This document shows, one piece after another, positions 14,810 to 28,469 of a DNA stretch of 64,000 nt. The DNA lies in the NCBI RefSeq assembly GCF_009914755.1, contig NC_060940.1; one strand, 5' to 3'. Source of the DNA: the human T2T-CHM13v2.0 reference genome, Homo sapiens. The translations under genes were made by a program, and so were the position numbers. The notes beneath the pieces were generated by a model that saw only the letters and a program-made list of their open reading frames with translations, made no database searches and had not been told where the DNA came from. Positions within the stretch are counted from its first letter, which is position 1. Each line of letters starts with the position of its first letter.

Positions 14810-15358
14810 TTTTGTAGGAAGGGGGTCCAGATTCAGACCCCAAGAGAGGGTTCTTGGATCTCAAGCAAGAAACAATTCAGGGTGAGTCCATAGTGCAAAG
14901 AAAAACAAGTTTATTAAGGAAGTAAAGGAACGAAAGAATGGCTATTCTATAGACAGAGTAGCCCGAGAGCTCCTGGTTGCCCCTTTTTATGGTTATTTCT
15001 TGATATGCTAAACAATGGGTGGATTATTCATGCTTCCTCTTTTTAGACCATATAAGGTAACTTCCTGATGTTGCTATGGCATTTGTAAACCGTCATGGCA
15101 TGGGTGGGAGTGTAGCAGTGAGGATGACCATAGTTCAGTCTTGTTGCCATCTTGGTTTTGGTGGGTTTTGGCCAATTTCTTCACTGCAAGCTGTTTTGTT
15201 CACAAGATCTTTATGACCTGTATCTTGTACTGACCTCCTATCTCATCCTGTGACTTAGAATGCCTTAACCATGTGGGAATGCAGCCCAGTAGGTCTCAGC
15301 CTTATTTTACCCAGCTCTTATTCAAGATGGAGTTGCTCTGGTTCACATGTGTCTGACA
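14810..15358 (-). mobile_element. ERV1 solo LTR, MER41 family (MER41A-like)
   Basis: 'gaccccaagagagggttcttggatc' ... 'caagatggagttgctctggttc...tctgaca'; TSD atac. Confidence 0.85.
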
Positions 15359-16164
15359 ATACCAATGTATGGAACTAAACTTGATTATCTGGAAGTTGCA
15401 GAGGCGAGAACTTTGAACCAAGAAGTCTGCCCTCTTTTCTACTATAGTGGAAATAGGACCTGTGCCTTTGCTCTCTCTTAGGATTACTTACAGCCTATTG
15501 TTTTTATAAAAGAAATACATGCACAAAAGAAGTACATTACACAAGTACTAAGCAAAAATATACAAAGAAAGACATCTGCAAATCATCCCATACGTTATCA
15601 TCCTAAAGAACCATCATTAATATTAGGTGAATATCCCGGTTAATATCATTCTGTGCATAAACACAGATTTAAGAATAAATTCTTTAATCTAGCATGCCAT
15701 TGTTTTATTAAAGAATCACATGTCATAGTACTCAAAAATAGAAAATCTCAAGTGAATTTGACAGTATAGTTGAGATTCAAATAAATACTTTTTCATTGCA
15801 GAAGATATAATGTCCTAAAAGATTTCTCTAATGTTAAGAAGCGATGTTACAAAAACATTAAGAAATCAGAATCATCATTGTTTTAAACTACTTTTGGTTT
15901 TATTATGATATTATTTGACTCTGCTATAAAAGATGAAGTTCTTAAACACTAATGTATCCCAGCCTCACTTCACTACAACTTCCACATTTTTTAGTTATGT
16001 TATTATTAATTTTTATATTACCAAGTATTATGACCTTTACATTTTGTTTTATAACTGTGATTTTCACAATTGCCAAATATCAGTACTGTGTATAAATACA
16101 GAAAATATTCATAGTCTTTTGACCACAGTTTCTTCCTTTCTGAATTCCTTTTTTTAACTCCTCT

Positions 16165-16305
16165 TCTAAGTACTGTCAACCACATGCAAGTGATCCATCC
16201 AGAGATCTTGTTAAAATGCAAATTCTGATTCCCTAGGTTTGCAATAGGGCCTGGTAATCTTCCTTAATTCCCAGTGATGCCCACGAACAATGATTTAAGC
16301 AATGA
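16165..16305. mobile_element. MER5-type hAT-Charlie MITE
   Basis: 'cttgttaaaatgcaaattctgattc'. Confidence 0.55.
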
Positions 16306-18169
16306 GAGTTTTTTTTTTTTTTTAATATCTATTCCCTCAATTCTGTATGGAGGCTTTCTATGTGTTGCCTTTAGAACAAGCTAATTCCTTTGGCTGGAAA
16401 TATTTCTGAATCACATTTGTATGCATATTGCTCCATTTTATTCTAGCATTAAATATAATTTTGGAGAAATGTAAGACCAAACAGAATTTTACTCTTTACA
16501 AATGATTTTATACGTCTCCTAATAGACTTGGAGAAAAAATATGCCTCATATAGATCATTTGATATCACGTTTTCTTGGAAAATGGTGTGTTTCTTAATTA
16601 TACAGATTCAGTGGTATTTTGCTTTTTTACCATTTCAGAAAATTTTTCTTGTGTTATATCTTCAAAGACTTTTATTTTTCCTGTTCCACTTGTTGACTAT
16701 TTTTTTCCTAGAATAGATTCACTTTCTTTATTTTAAACCATTGTTATTTGTCTATTGTGATTTTCAAAATAATATCTTCTCTCTGACTGCTTGAATATTT
16801 GGAAGTTTTATCTGTATCCACCAAGATTATAACAAGCCTTTGGTTTAGATAAGATACTTGTCTTTCAGCAGTATCATTTCAGTTTCTTACTCTTCCTCAT
16901 TTTTTCCCTTGCATATGTGCTTTCTCATTTATATTGGTATTTGTCATTTTATCTTACCTTTGAGTTATTATTATACATTTAAAAATGGTTCTAGTACTAT
17001 TGCTTAACCATTTCTGTAATTCTTTGTTTGTTGTTCTGTTAGGTATCCTTCCAGGTTGGGCTCATTTTTTCCTGTGTTTTGCATTCATTGATTGATTGGT
17101 GTGTTCTCTTATTCCTCTCCTCCTAGCTTTACTTTGCAATTTTACCATCATCTCCCTTATGCTTAGACAGATCTGTCTACACAGGTCTTCTTTTTGCTCT
17201 CAAAGCACAGGGGATTTATTGACTCCATTCTAATCACAAAGGAGGCTGCACACTAAACCACAGTTTGAGAGCTGTGTATTCAGTATTATGTCTTCTTTTT
17301 CTTGCTGCCTCAAGTTGTGGACTAAGGGAAATAGTTTTCCTGAAGGAAAGTGCTTTCTTTGTTAGATGCTCTGTACAAACTCTCAGATTTTGTTAAATGT
17401 CCTGGGATCTATCCTTCATGGTTCAGCTTTGAGATGAATGCTTTCCACTGAGATATATGCTCATCTTTCAGTTCTTTCCCTCATAAATAGGCATATTAGG
17501 CATATTCTTTTTTTTAATTCTTTTGTTTCACTCATTTATTCCCAGAAACTCTTACTACCTTTTTTTCATTAAAATAGAGACCAGTTAAGGATGCCCACTT
17601 AGTTCGCTCCTTCTCAAATGTTGAGAATTTTTAGTGGGAACTGTCCACCAGACAGCTTCTAGGAGGTCTTGGTGAGGGTAAGAGTCTGGCCACACCAGGA
17701 TGCTCTAATCCAGGAAACCTCTCTTTATAGCATTGATAGCACTGGGTTGTGATTTTACCTTGTGTGAATGCTTGAAGTGAACACTTGATGACATTTTACA
17801 TTTTCATGGTATTTTAGAAGAGGAAGTTTCTATCTAGAAGTTGTAATCCACTGTTTTAAAATAAAAGTCCCCATCAGGTGATACATAATAATGGTATTAT
17901 TTGCTTGACATTCTATCTTTTCCTCCCTGGATGTCTATAAAACATACAATAGGTTAAACATCTTTTTCATCACTTAGCTCCATTCCTGGCTGATCATAGA
18001 TACTCAAGAATGTTTGTTGAATAAATGAAATCAGTAGGGAGAGAGAGCTAGGTCTACTGAGCAGCTATTATGCATCAGGCATGCCTTGCTTGATTTAATT
18101 TTCACAAGAACCAGTGATAAGTACATGTTACTTTCCTGTCTTTCAGATGAGTGTACTGATGCATATAGA

Positions 18170-19300
<1,131 letters not shown>

Positions 19301-19469
19301 GTTAATGGCAAAAATGAGTTTGTGATTAGAAAGGTAAAGGTAAGCTGCGACTCAAAGGTAGGTCAGTATGATGCCACCCCCCATGCCTTCCCGTTGGAAC
19401 ATCATCTTAGCCACATGGGAAATGTGGAAACAGCCAGGAAGACTGCTTAGCTCCTGTGTGATACACTGA

Positions 19470-19760
19470 ATGGCCCACAGATGTTTTGCATGTCCTATAC
19501 TGGTTTTTCTTTGTAAAAGATTAATTGTCGATTATAAAATAAAGAGCTTTCACATGCAAATCTGGATTCAGCATGTCTTAAGATATCAGCGCTCTGGCAA
19601 CATGGGTCTTGCTATCTTCCTGGCTACCATTGACAATGAATAGATAGTGGTAGTCCTTTTTAGATAACACAGGCACTCTGCAAATTGCTGTAGCCCTCTT
19701 CCTTCCGGCTGCACTTCTTTACATGCCTGGCCTCTGTAGGCATTTGAGTTTGCAACCTCA
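19470..19760. mobile_element. hAT-Charlie MITE (MER102-like)
   Basis: Terminal 'gtaggcatttgagtttgcaacc'. Confidence 0.45.
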
Positions 19761-20639
19761 ACCTAAAAGAAACTTGATCCAGGCCCTCTGCACTCTCAGA
19801 CTCCTTAAAATGTGGGTAGTTCATGGCTGGAGAAATCACCATGTCCTCAGGGAGTCCCAGTCATGATTTCAGCATGATGACAGAAGGCCTCCCTGACACA
19901 GGACACTGTCCCTAAGGATACCCTGGGCTCTACCTCAGAGTCTGGGAGTGTCACTTTATTCACTGAAGACATCCTGCAGCCTCAGCAGGCTCCACAGACA
20001 GTGATCTAAGAGGATGATTTGCAAATCTTTCAGGAGGAGCTGCAAGTTGAGGCTCTAGTCTCTAGGGACAGCCAAAGGAACAATCAGCTTTGTGTGTGGC
20101 ATAGTTGTTTCCTCCCCAGGGATAAAGAATTAATAAAGGCCAAGGAAGTTCTGTCCTTGGGGTCCCATGGGGGCTTCTTCTAGGGAAGGAAGGGGCTGCC
20201 ATGTTGCCTCCCATCAAATTTAAAGGACCCTCTGAGGGAATTGTTTTTGAAGAGCAATGGACAGAATGATCACCCAGATTATCACTCCAGGGAGAACATT
20301 CCTCCCCTTCCATCCTCCTACTCAGCCACATGGGCTCTGTTAGCTATGATCCCATTCAATATAGCCAGGGGCAATCTTGCAATCCTGAAATTTGTAGGTG
20401 AGGATGCTCACAGTTTACTATCTGAATAAGTCTCTCGTGACTCTTGTTAATCATGAAAATTTCCTGGCCTTAACTTGATGGCAATTAAGTCTATGGTAGA
20501 GCCTGGGAATTTGCATGTTTAATGAACAACTCAGATATTTAATATAGATCGAGCAGAGTTTGAGGAAAAAAACCAATGTAGAATTTTTCCACGTTGAAAA
20601 AAACCAATGTAGAATTTTTTTCTGGAAAAAATGTTTGTT

Positions 20640-21007
20640 TTACTTTTTAATTTTATTTTAATAATTTTTAGGGTACAGGTGGTTTTTGTTTCCATGGATC
20701 GGTTCTTTAGTGGTGATTTCTGATATTTTTGTGCACCTGTCACCCAAGCAGTTTATACTATACCCAATATGTAGTCTTTTATGCCTCATCCCTTTCCAAC
20801 CTTCCCCCTGGGGTACTCCCAAAGTCCATTATGTCATTCTTATGACTTTGCATTCTCATAGCTTAAATCCCACTTATAAGTGATAACATATGATATTTGG
20901 TTTTCCATTTTCGAGTTCCTTCACTTAAAATAATGGCCTCCAGCTTCATCCAAGTTGCTGCAGAAGACATTATTTTGTTCTTTTTTATGGCTGAGTAGTA
21001 TTCCATG

Positions 21008-21052
<45 letters not shown>
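20640..21052 (-). mobile_element. L1PB-type 3' end ending in (TA)n
   Basis: 'cattctcatagcttaaatcccacttataagtg' and 'ggctgagtagtattccatggtg'. Confidence 0.85.
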
Positions 21053-21054
<2 letters not shown>

Positions 21055-21059
21055 ATCAA

Positions 21060-21310
21060 TGTAGAAATTTCTAGAAAAGGCAAGACTATAAAGACAGAAA
21101 GCAGGTCAATGATTGGGGCTGGGGATAGCTGCAGGGGTTGACTGCAAATAGGCATCAGGGAACTATTTGGAGTGTTGGGAATGTTCTAACACTGGATTTT
21201 GGTTATGGTTGCACAGTAGTATATGCAAGCTAAAGTTCACCAAACTGTATACTTAGAACAGGTGAATTTTATGGCATGTAAATTAAACTCCAATAAAGTT
21301 GTTAAAAAGA
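21060..21310 (+). mobile_element. L1M 3' terminus fragment
   Basis: 'ggtgaattttatggcatgtaaattaaactccaataaagttg'. Confidence 0.65.
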
Positions 21311-21477
21311 CACAGACACACACACACAACTCTGAAGTAATAACTAATCATGTAATGATGTAATGAGAGAACAATATAGAAAAATAATGAATGTTGTCAA
21401 TCATGGTAGAACGTATAAGGATGAGAGCCAACAGTTGCGGAGCCATGCCTATGGGCCAAATGTTAAGCTGAGTTTTT

Positions 21478-22054
21478 TGCTTTTTTTCTTTTTTTCCAAC
21501 TTTTACTTTAGACTCAGGGGGTACATGTGCAGATTTGTTACATGGGTATATTGTATGACACTGAGGTTTTGGGTATGAATGATCCTGTCACCCACGTAGT
21601 GAGCATAGTATTAATAGATAGCTTTTCAGCTCTTGCCTCCCTTCTTCTCTCCCCTGTCTAGTAATCTCCAGCGTCTATTGTTCCCATATTTATATTTATG
21701 TGTATCCAGTGTTTAGTTCCCACTTGTAAGTGAGAACATGCAGTATTTGGTTTTCCGTTTCTGAGTTAATTCACTTAGAATAATGGCATCCAGCTGCATC
21801 CATGTTGCTGCAAAGGGCATGATTTCATTCTTTTTATGTCTTCGTAGTATTCCATGGTGTATATATATATCCCTTTTTTTTTAATCTAGTCCACCGTTGA
21901 TGGACACCTGGGTTGATTCCATGTCATCGCTATTATGAATAGCACTGTGATGAACATACGAGTGCATGTTCCATTTGGTAGACCCATTTTTCTTCGAGTT
22001 GATACCCAGTAATGGGATTGCTGGTTTCTAATGGTAGTTTACCTCTGAGTTCTT
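21478..22054 (-). mobile_element. Older L1PA (PA15/16-like) 3' end
   Basis: Poly(T) start; TSD-like tgttaagctgagttttt and tgttgagctgtgttttt. Confidence 0.85.
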
Positions 22055-22844
22055 TGTTGAGCTGTGTTTTTATTATGCGCATTGTCATTATTTCTCATTA
22101 CTACCCCATGACATACATACTGTCGTCTTTTTGCAGACAGGTAGACTGAGGCTTGAGAGGTTAAGTGAGAACACACAGCTACATAGGAATGAACTGGAAT
22201 TTGCACACAGGTGGTCTTATGCCAAGGATGTAGTCCCTTACTGATTCATTGATTAATTCAGCTGTTCCATCACATGAAACTTACAGTCCAACATAAGTAG
22301 GTCTGAAGTCTGACTTTACAATTTCCAACTACCTTTCTCAAGCACCCACCATGGTCTCACTAAGCTTCAGTTTCCGTATCTGCAGGCTGAAGATAATGAT
22401 AGCTATCTCAAAATGTTCTCAGAAGAAAAAAGTTATATGAGATAAGATATGTAAAGCCTGGTAAATATGCAAAGCTCTCCAATAAATGGAGATGACATTA
22501 AGTTAGACTGTGTAGATCCTTTAGCATACTGGTTAATGCATTTGATGAGCTTAGTAAATATTAGCTAGTATATAACTCTAAATATTGGGATGATGCATTT
22601 ATTTAACCGTCACCTAACCTGAGCATTCACATCTGCTAAGAACTAAGGGACTCATTGTGTTAGATCTCACGTAAACCACAGGACACAACCCTGTTCTCCA
22701 GGATGAACAGCTATGTAAACTAATAACTGTAATAAAATGTTCAAGATATAGCTGGTGACTTAGTTGGCACCTTCCATGGTGGCACAAAAATAGAGATAAA
22801 GCTATTGAGGTTTATTAGTAAATAATAAAGGTATTATTGACAAT

Positions 22845-22904
22845 CTGCTTCTTTGTGAAGACTTGCCATATATTTCTATATAGCAAGTCTTCACAAAGAA
22901 GCAG
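22845..22904. repeat. Hairpin with a 22-bp perfect stem (27/28 bp paired)
   Basis: ctgcttctttgtgaagacttgc / gcaagtcttcacaaagaagcag. Confidence 0.95.
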
Positions 22905-23104
22905 TCAATAATTTAATTGTAAACTTAAAGCATGTAATTTGATTATTTGTAACTCAAAAGATAAATGCTTGAGGGGATGGATATGCCATTCTCCATGATG
23001 TGCTTATTTCACATGGCATGCCTATATCAAACCGTCTATGTACCCCATAAATATATACACCTTCTATGTACCCACAAAAATTTCTAAAAATAAATTTTTT
23101 TTTA
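22905..23104 (+). mobile_element. L1MA1-4-type 3' terminus
   Basis: 'gataaatgcttgaggggatggata...tatgtacccacaaaaa'; TSD-like aaagaagcag on both sides. Confidence 0.85.
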
Positions 23105-23162
23105 ACAAAAGAAGCAGATAGTTGAGTCCGACCTTTAAGAACAAGTCTTTTTCTTGTAACTC

Positions 23163-23590
23163 ACCCAAATACACATCAATGATAGACTGGAAAAAGAAAA
23201 TGTGGCACAAAGACACCATGGAGTACTATGCAGCCATAAAAAAGGATGAATTCATGTCCTTTGCAGGGACATGGGTGAAGCTGGAAACTGTCATTCTCAG
23301 CAAACTAACACAGGAACAGAAAATCAAACACCACATGTTCTCACCCATAAGTGGGAGTTGAACAATGAGAACGCATGGACACAGGGAGGGAAACATCACA
23401 CACCAGGTCTGTCAGGGGGTGGGCGGCTAGGGGAGGGGGGAATAATTAGGACAAATACATAATGCATGAGAGGCTTAAAACCTAGATGATGGGTTGATGG
23501 GTGCAGCAAACCACCATGGCGCAAGTACGCCTATGTAACAAACCTGCACATTCTGCACATGTATCGCAGAACTTAAACAAGAAAAAGAAA
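23163..23590 (+). mobile_element. L1PA (PA8-13-like) 3' end
   Basis: 'ggcttaaaacctagatgatgggttgatgggtgcagcaaaccaccatggc'. Confidence 0.88.
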
Positions 23591-25485
23591 AAGTCTTTTT
23601 GTAGCTGACATCTATTATTTTTGTGTTTTTAGCATCTGTTTAAACCAAATGCATCACAAAAATGTTTTTTCCAGATTTGCAAATCTGTAGAAACCGTGGT
23701 TTTTCTTTTTCTGTAGGGCTGCCTTTCTTTTTGTTTGGGGATCTTGTTGCTCCTCTCACTTCATTATTTTCATACAAATCCTGATGGCTCCATTCTCAGA
23801 GTAGAACTCTCCAAGTGGAAATACAGCACTGACTTTTTGGATGCCGCCAATTCCATTTACCCCCTCTATGCTAACTCCCTGAAGCCACCATGCAAAGTAT
23901 GGTTTCTTGGGGACTCTGGGATTCAGCATTGTGACTCGGCATGTGATATCTTTTACATATCCCCTGTTGTGATGAAGCAACCATTCGTAAAAAGCTGTTC
24001 TACCTGGAGTGGGATTTCACTTCTAGTACAGCTAACAAAGACAGGTGTTTCTAAACGACTTTAATGTTAATGGGAGGAGCTGTTTAATTAACTTCTCCCT
24101 TTACTTTTCTTTTAAACTCCCAGAAATGCACAGCTTCTGGCTAAACAGAGTTACATGTCTTTTCTTTCCCTGAATTTTTCAATCCAGGGGGAGCATCAGC
24201 CGAAGCTGAAGCTGATGCTGCAAGCTTCATTAGGGCTAGCAGGAGATGGAGTGACTGAGGAGCTGCCTTGCTTCAATTTTAAATTGCAAAAGTCAAGGCA
24301 GCAACTTAGAAAATTGTTCTTCTGATTCTTAATAATAGCTCTCTGCCTTCCCCACCATGACTGAAAATAGATCAGAGGGGGAAACTCATGGAAGGCCAGG
24401 ACCCAGTATATTTTAATTCTCCAAAGCATCAATTTGGAAAGGGAAGAGAAGGAAATTCTGTGCTCATGGTCATCAGCGAAAGTACTCTGTCTGATACAGA
24501 CTGACTTCTTTCAAGTGTCTCTGTCTCACATTTTATTAGATGAGAAGGGGACTCTACTTTTTATGCAAGCATGTGGTAATTTATAAAACACATATGCAAA
24601 TTACCTGATTCTTCATTCAGCTGGTATTCTTCCAATTGCCTTAATAGACCATAAAAATGGTAATGCCATGGTGCACCGTTAAATGCTCAGCTATTTAGCC
24701 CAGCAGCCCTCCTTGTTTAATAGTTTTGCTCATTTAGCATGTACAATTTGTAACTGAGTAAATCTCATTTTGAAGTAGGCTGGGGAAGTTAAACTGCCTC
24801 TGGGAGTCCTGGGCACACCCTTTCGTGGCAGGAATATCACTAATAGCTACCTGGGCTTTCTGAGCACCTGCTAATGAAGCCAGATTCTCAAAATTGCTAA
24901 TGAGCTTGGCTCCTTTTATATGACTTAAGATGTGAGTCCGTTTGTTTGTTTTTCCTGTTGTGAGGTTATTTAGCATATCCAAGGAAGCTTGGATATTCAT
25001 GGAAGCAGGTAACCTGCGCCATCACCTAAGTATTATTTGAATTGATTCTGGCAACCCCTCCCTCCTGAACATCAGCTACACCATGAATTAAGTGCAAAAT
25101 CTAAGCCAACACTGAGAGGTGGAGTGTGGGTTTACACCTGTTAAAGATCTCATTGTCCAAAATTAATTTAAAACCTATATGTCCCGTAAAGATTGTTAAT
25201 TGGGAAGCAGAGAAAATAAATTTGGCAGGGAGGGTGGAGTGAAGTGATGAACCTGTCCTGAGAAAGGTTTTGACTTTATTCGTTGAGTGACTGGAGATTT
25301 ACTGGAGATGTCTGAGCAGGGAAAATGAACCTAGTAGCCGTGTGCTAGCTCGTGTGGAGAGGGAAGTCTTGGAACACCCATCAGGAAGCACTTCTGGAGA
25401 TGTAAGGGTGATGTGCTAAAGGTTTCACCTGGAGAAATACTGGCTAAAATGAAGAGAAAGGAGTAGGTATAAGCAGTATTAAATT

Positions 25486-26040
25486 GTGGTAGGCAGAATT
25501 CCAAAATGACCTCAAATCCCCACCCTCAGTGACTCATACTCTTGAATAATCCCCTTTCCTTGAGTGTTGGCAAGACCTGTGAATATAATAGGATGTCAAT
25601 CCCATAGGTCACTTAGCTGGCTTTGAGGTGACAGCAAAGGAGATTACACCAGGCAAGCCTGACCTAATCAGGCAAACCTTCAAAAAGTGTGACATCATTG
25701 AGATTCCCACTGTAGGCCTCAAGGAAGAAAGCAAGCTGCTCTGTCCTGGACTGCCAATAGAGAGGGGTGGCCTCTAGGAGTTGAACACCTCAGTCTTACA
25801 ACCACAAGGAACTGAATTCTCCCAACAACCAATGATCTTGGAAGAGGAACCCAGATTCTGATGAGATTTCAACCCAGGCTGATTTCAACCTTGACTTCAG
25901 CTTTACAAGACCTTGAGTGGAGAACCCAGCTGTGTCATGCCTGGACTTTCATCCTCCTGACCTGTGAGATAATAAATGAGTGTTGTTTTTACCTGGTAAG
26001 CTTGTGGTGATTTTTTAGGCAGCAATAAAAAACTCATGCC
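25486..26040 (+). mobile_element. MLT1 (E-like) MaLR LTR
   Basis: 'tgtggtaggcagaattc' ... 'gtgagataataaatgagtgttg...gcagcaataaaaaactcat'. Confidence 0.75.
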
Positions 26041-27799
26041 AGTTCCTACCCACTAGGAGGTAATCAGCCTAAAAGACTCAATCTAAAATTATAAAATCTT
26101 ACTTTAAAAATGCAATTATATTTCAAATATATATGGTGAATCAAGTGAACAGTTGGTTGACCAAGTGTTTCCAAGCTGAGGGTCTTTTGAGTTTACTTTA
26201 TTGAATATATATAATACGTTTATTACCTTTTTATACAATATCTTTGTTCCATAGCGCTAGTCAAGTGTTTATATTGATGTTTAGATTGTTAATCTTCTCC
26301 TTCCCTTTTCCACCTGCCCTCCTCCAATGACCCTCCAGTATAGTATTTCAGATATTACAGTAATTATTAAGCCTGGTTGAACAAGACTCTATTCAGAATT
26401 ATGTCTCATTGAAATCCAGTAAGATTTCACTCCACATCTCAGTCTCAGATAAAGCTATGCCTTGATACAGAAGAGGAGGTACTGACTGGAAAAAGCTGAC
26501 TGACCAGCTCTCTGGGTTCCAAACATGTGAAATTTGCTTTCCTAAAATTTGCTGCGGCTGTGGTCCAGAAAGGGAGTCTTTGTTCTGAAAGTTCAGAAAC
26601 TCCTTGTTAGCGTTGCAGGTAGGTCTGATCTGCCCAGGGTTAACCTGAATTCAATTCAGGTTGAATTCAGATTCTGATTCTAACTCTCTAAACTTCAATG
26701 TCCATTTTTAAAGTGCTGAAAATGTGTCTACCTTAGAACACTTTTGAAATGGGATGATTACCACCTGTACTCCCGTAACTTATGGAAAAATAAAATTAAA
26801 AAATAAAAATTAAAAAAAGATCCTAATGAAGAAAGGAGAATATGTTCCAGTTTAAAGATGAACATTGAGCATTCCAAAGAAAAAAAAAAATGAGATGATT
26901 CAATGAGGTGATTCCTTGTAGATCAGTTAGGAGGAGGAGAAGAAGGAGTCATCAACAAATTGCACACATAATAGGGTTTTGACACTGAGTGAGTGAATGA
27001 ATGAATGAATGAATGAGGAAGCTTGGCGATGGAGGCCAATTCATGAAATAAACATAAAAATCACACCAGCCAAGTACTTTGGATAATTATTTTGGCTGAC
27101 CAAGGAAGCTAGAGGAGATGCCAGGTCATTTCCAAAGGTTGCTTGATAAGCATGAGATTCTAAGCAAAGGCAAGGAGAGACTTTTGTTTTTTTAAATGGA
27201 GGAATTGCCTGTTTTATGGTACCAATCGGTGATCTCCAGATACACCTATAATCACACTCAGGTTAAATGTGCCCAACAAAATCTAAACCAACACTGCAAG
27301 GGTGGAGTGTGGGTTTGGTAGTGTCCTATCTCCTTGGTATGGTGCCTGGCTGGACACTAACATGGGAGTCTCTATTCGCCCTTTCTTAACCATTACCAAC
27401 CCCTTTCGAAGAACTTAGACTTTTTTCCAACATACTGATTCAAGGCCAGACTTACAGGCTTCACCACCATCCTGTTTCATCAGGCTGATATTATATATCC
27501 ATTCACTAATTTTCCAGGTGTCAATGTCATATTTGAAACCCCAGAGAGTGATGTTATGTCCAGTCTTTTGAGGGAAGGGGCAACCCAGCTTTGCCATTCT
27601 GTCCTTTCTATAGAATAAATCACACAAACCGAATAGACCTGGTGAGATACAAAGTCAAAACCAAAATGTGTTTCTCCCAAAGTCATTCTAAACCAAAGAC
27701 AATTTACAGACAGTAAAATGAATATTTTTCCTTGAGTTTTATGATCTGAAAGATTTATGGACCATGATCTTAAAAGCCTATTTGAGTTATGTGGAAGAA

Positions 27800-28150
27800 T
27801 GTCCTGATTTTTAGATGTGTGCTGAAGTATTTAGAAATCAAGTGCCATGATGTCTGCAACTTACTTTCAACTAGGTCAGCAGATAAACACACAAACACAT
27901 ACACACGCACACACACACACACACATATAAATATATTATAAATCATATAAATATATAATATATTTAAAATATATAATATATATTATATTTTATATATATA
28001 TATATATATAGAAAGATAGGTACACATAAAACAAATTTGGCCAAATTTGAGCTATTGTTGGCTCCGTGTGGCATGTATATGAATGTTCATTGTACTGGTC
28101 TTTCAACATTTGTCTATGTTTGAAAATCTTCCTAATAAAATGTTGGAGAG
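27800..28150 (+). mobile_element. L1M 3' fragment containing (CA)n/(TA)n
   Basis: 'atgatgtctgcaacttactttcaa' and 'cctaataaaatgttgg'. Confidence 0.6.
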
Positions 28151-28180
28151 AAATTCTACCTGTGCTTTAATTCTATTTTA

Positions 28181-28469
28181 TTATTGAGAGGGAGTCTTGC
28201 TCTGTCACCCAGGCTGGAGTGCAGTGGTGCGATCTCAGCTCCCTGCAACCTCCGCATCCCGGGTTCAAGCAATTCTCCCTGCCTCGTCCTCCCTAGTAGC
28301 TAGGATTACAGGCAGCCACCACCATGCCCGGCTAATTTTTATATTTTTTAGTAGAGACAGGGTTTCGCCATGTTGGCCAGGCTGATCTTCAATGCCTGAC
28401 CTCAGGTGATCCGCCTGCCTTGGCCTCCCAAATAGCTGGGATTACAGGCGTGAGACACCACGCCCGGCC
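28181..28469 (-). mobile_element. AluS
   Basis: Full dimer; TSD ttaattctatttta. Confidence 0.95.

Noticed and set aside
23122-23361. ORFs resembling the L1 ORF2 C-terminus (also 31788, 54503, 56707)
   Set aside because: Decayed L1 fragments, not intact coding sequences.
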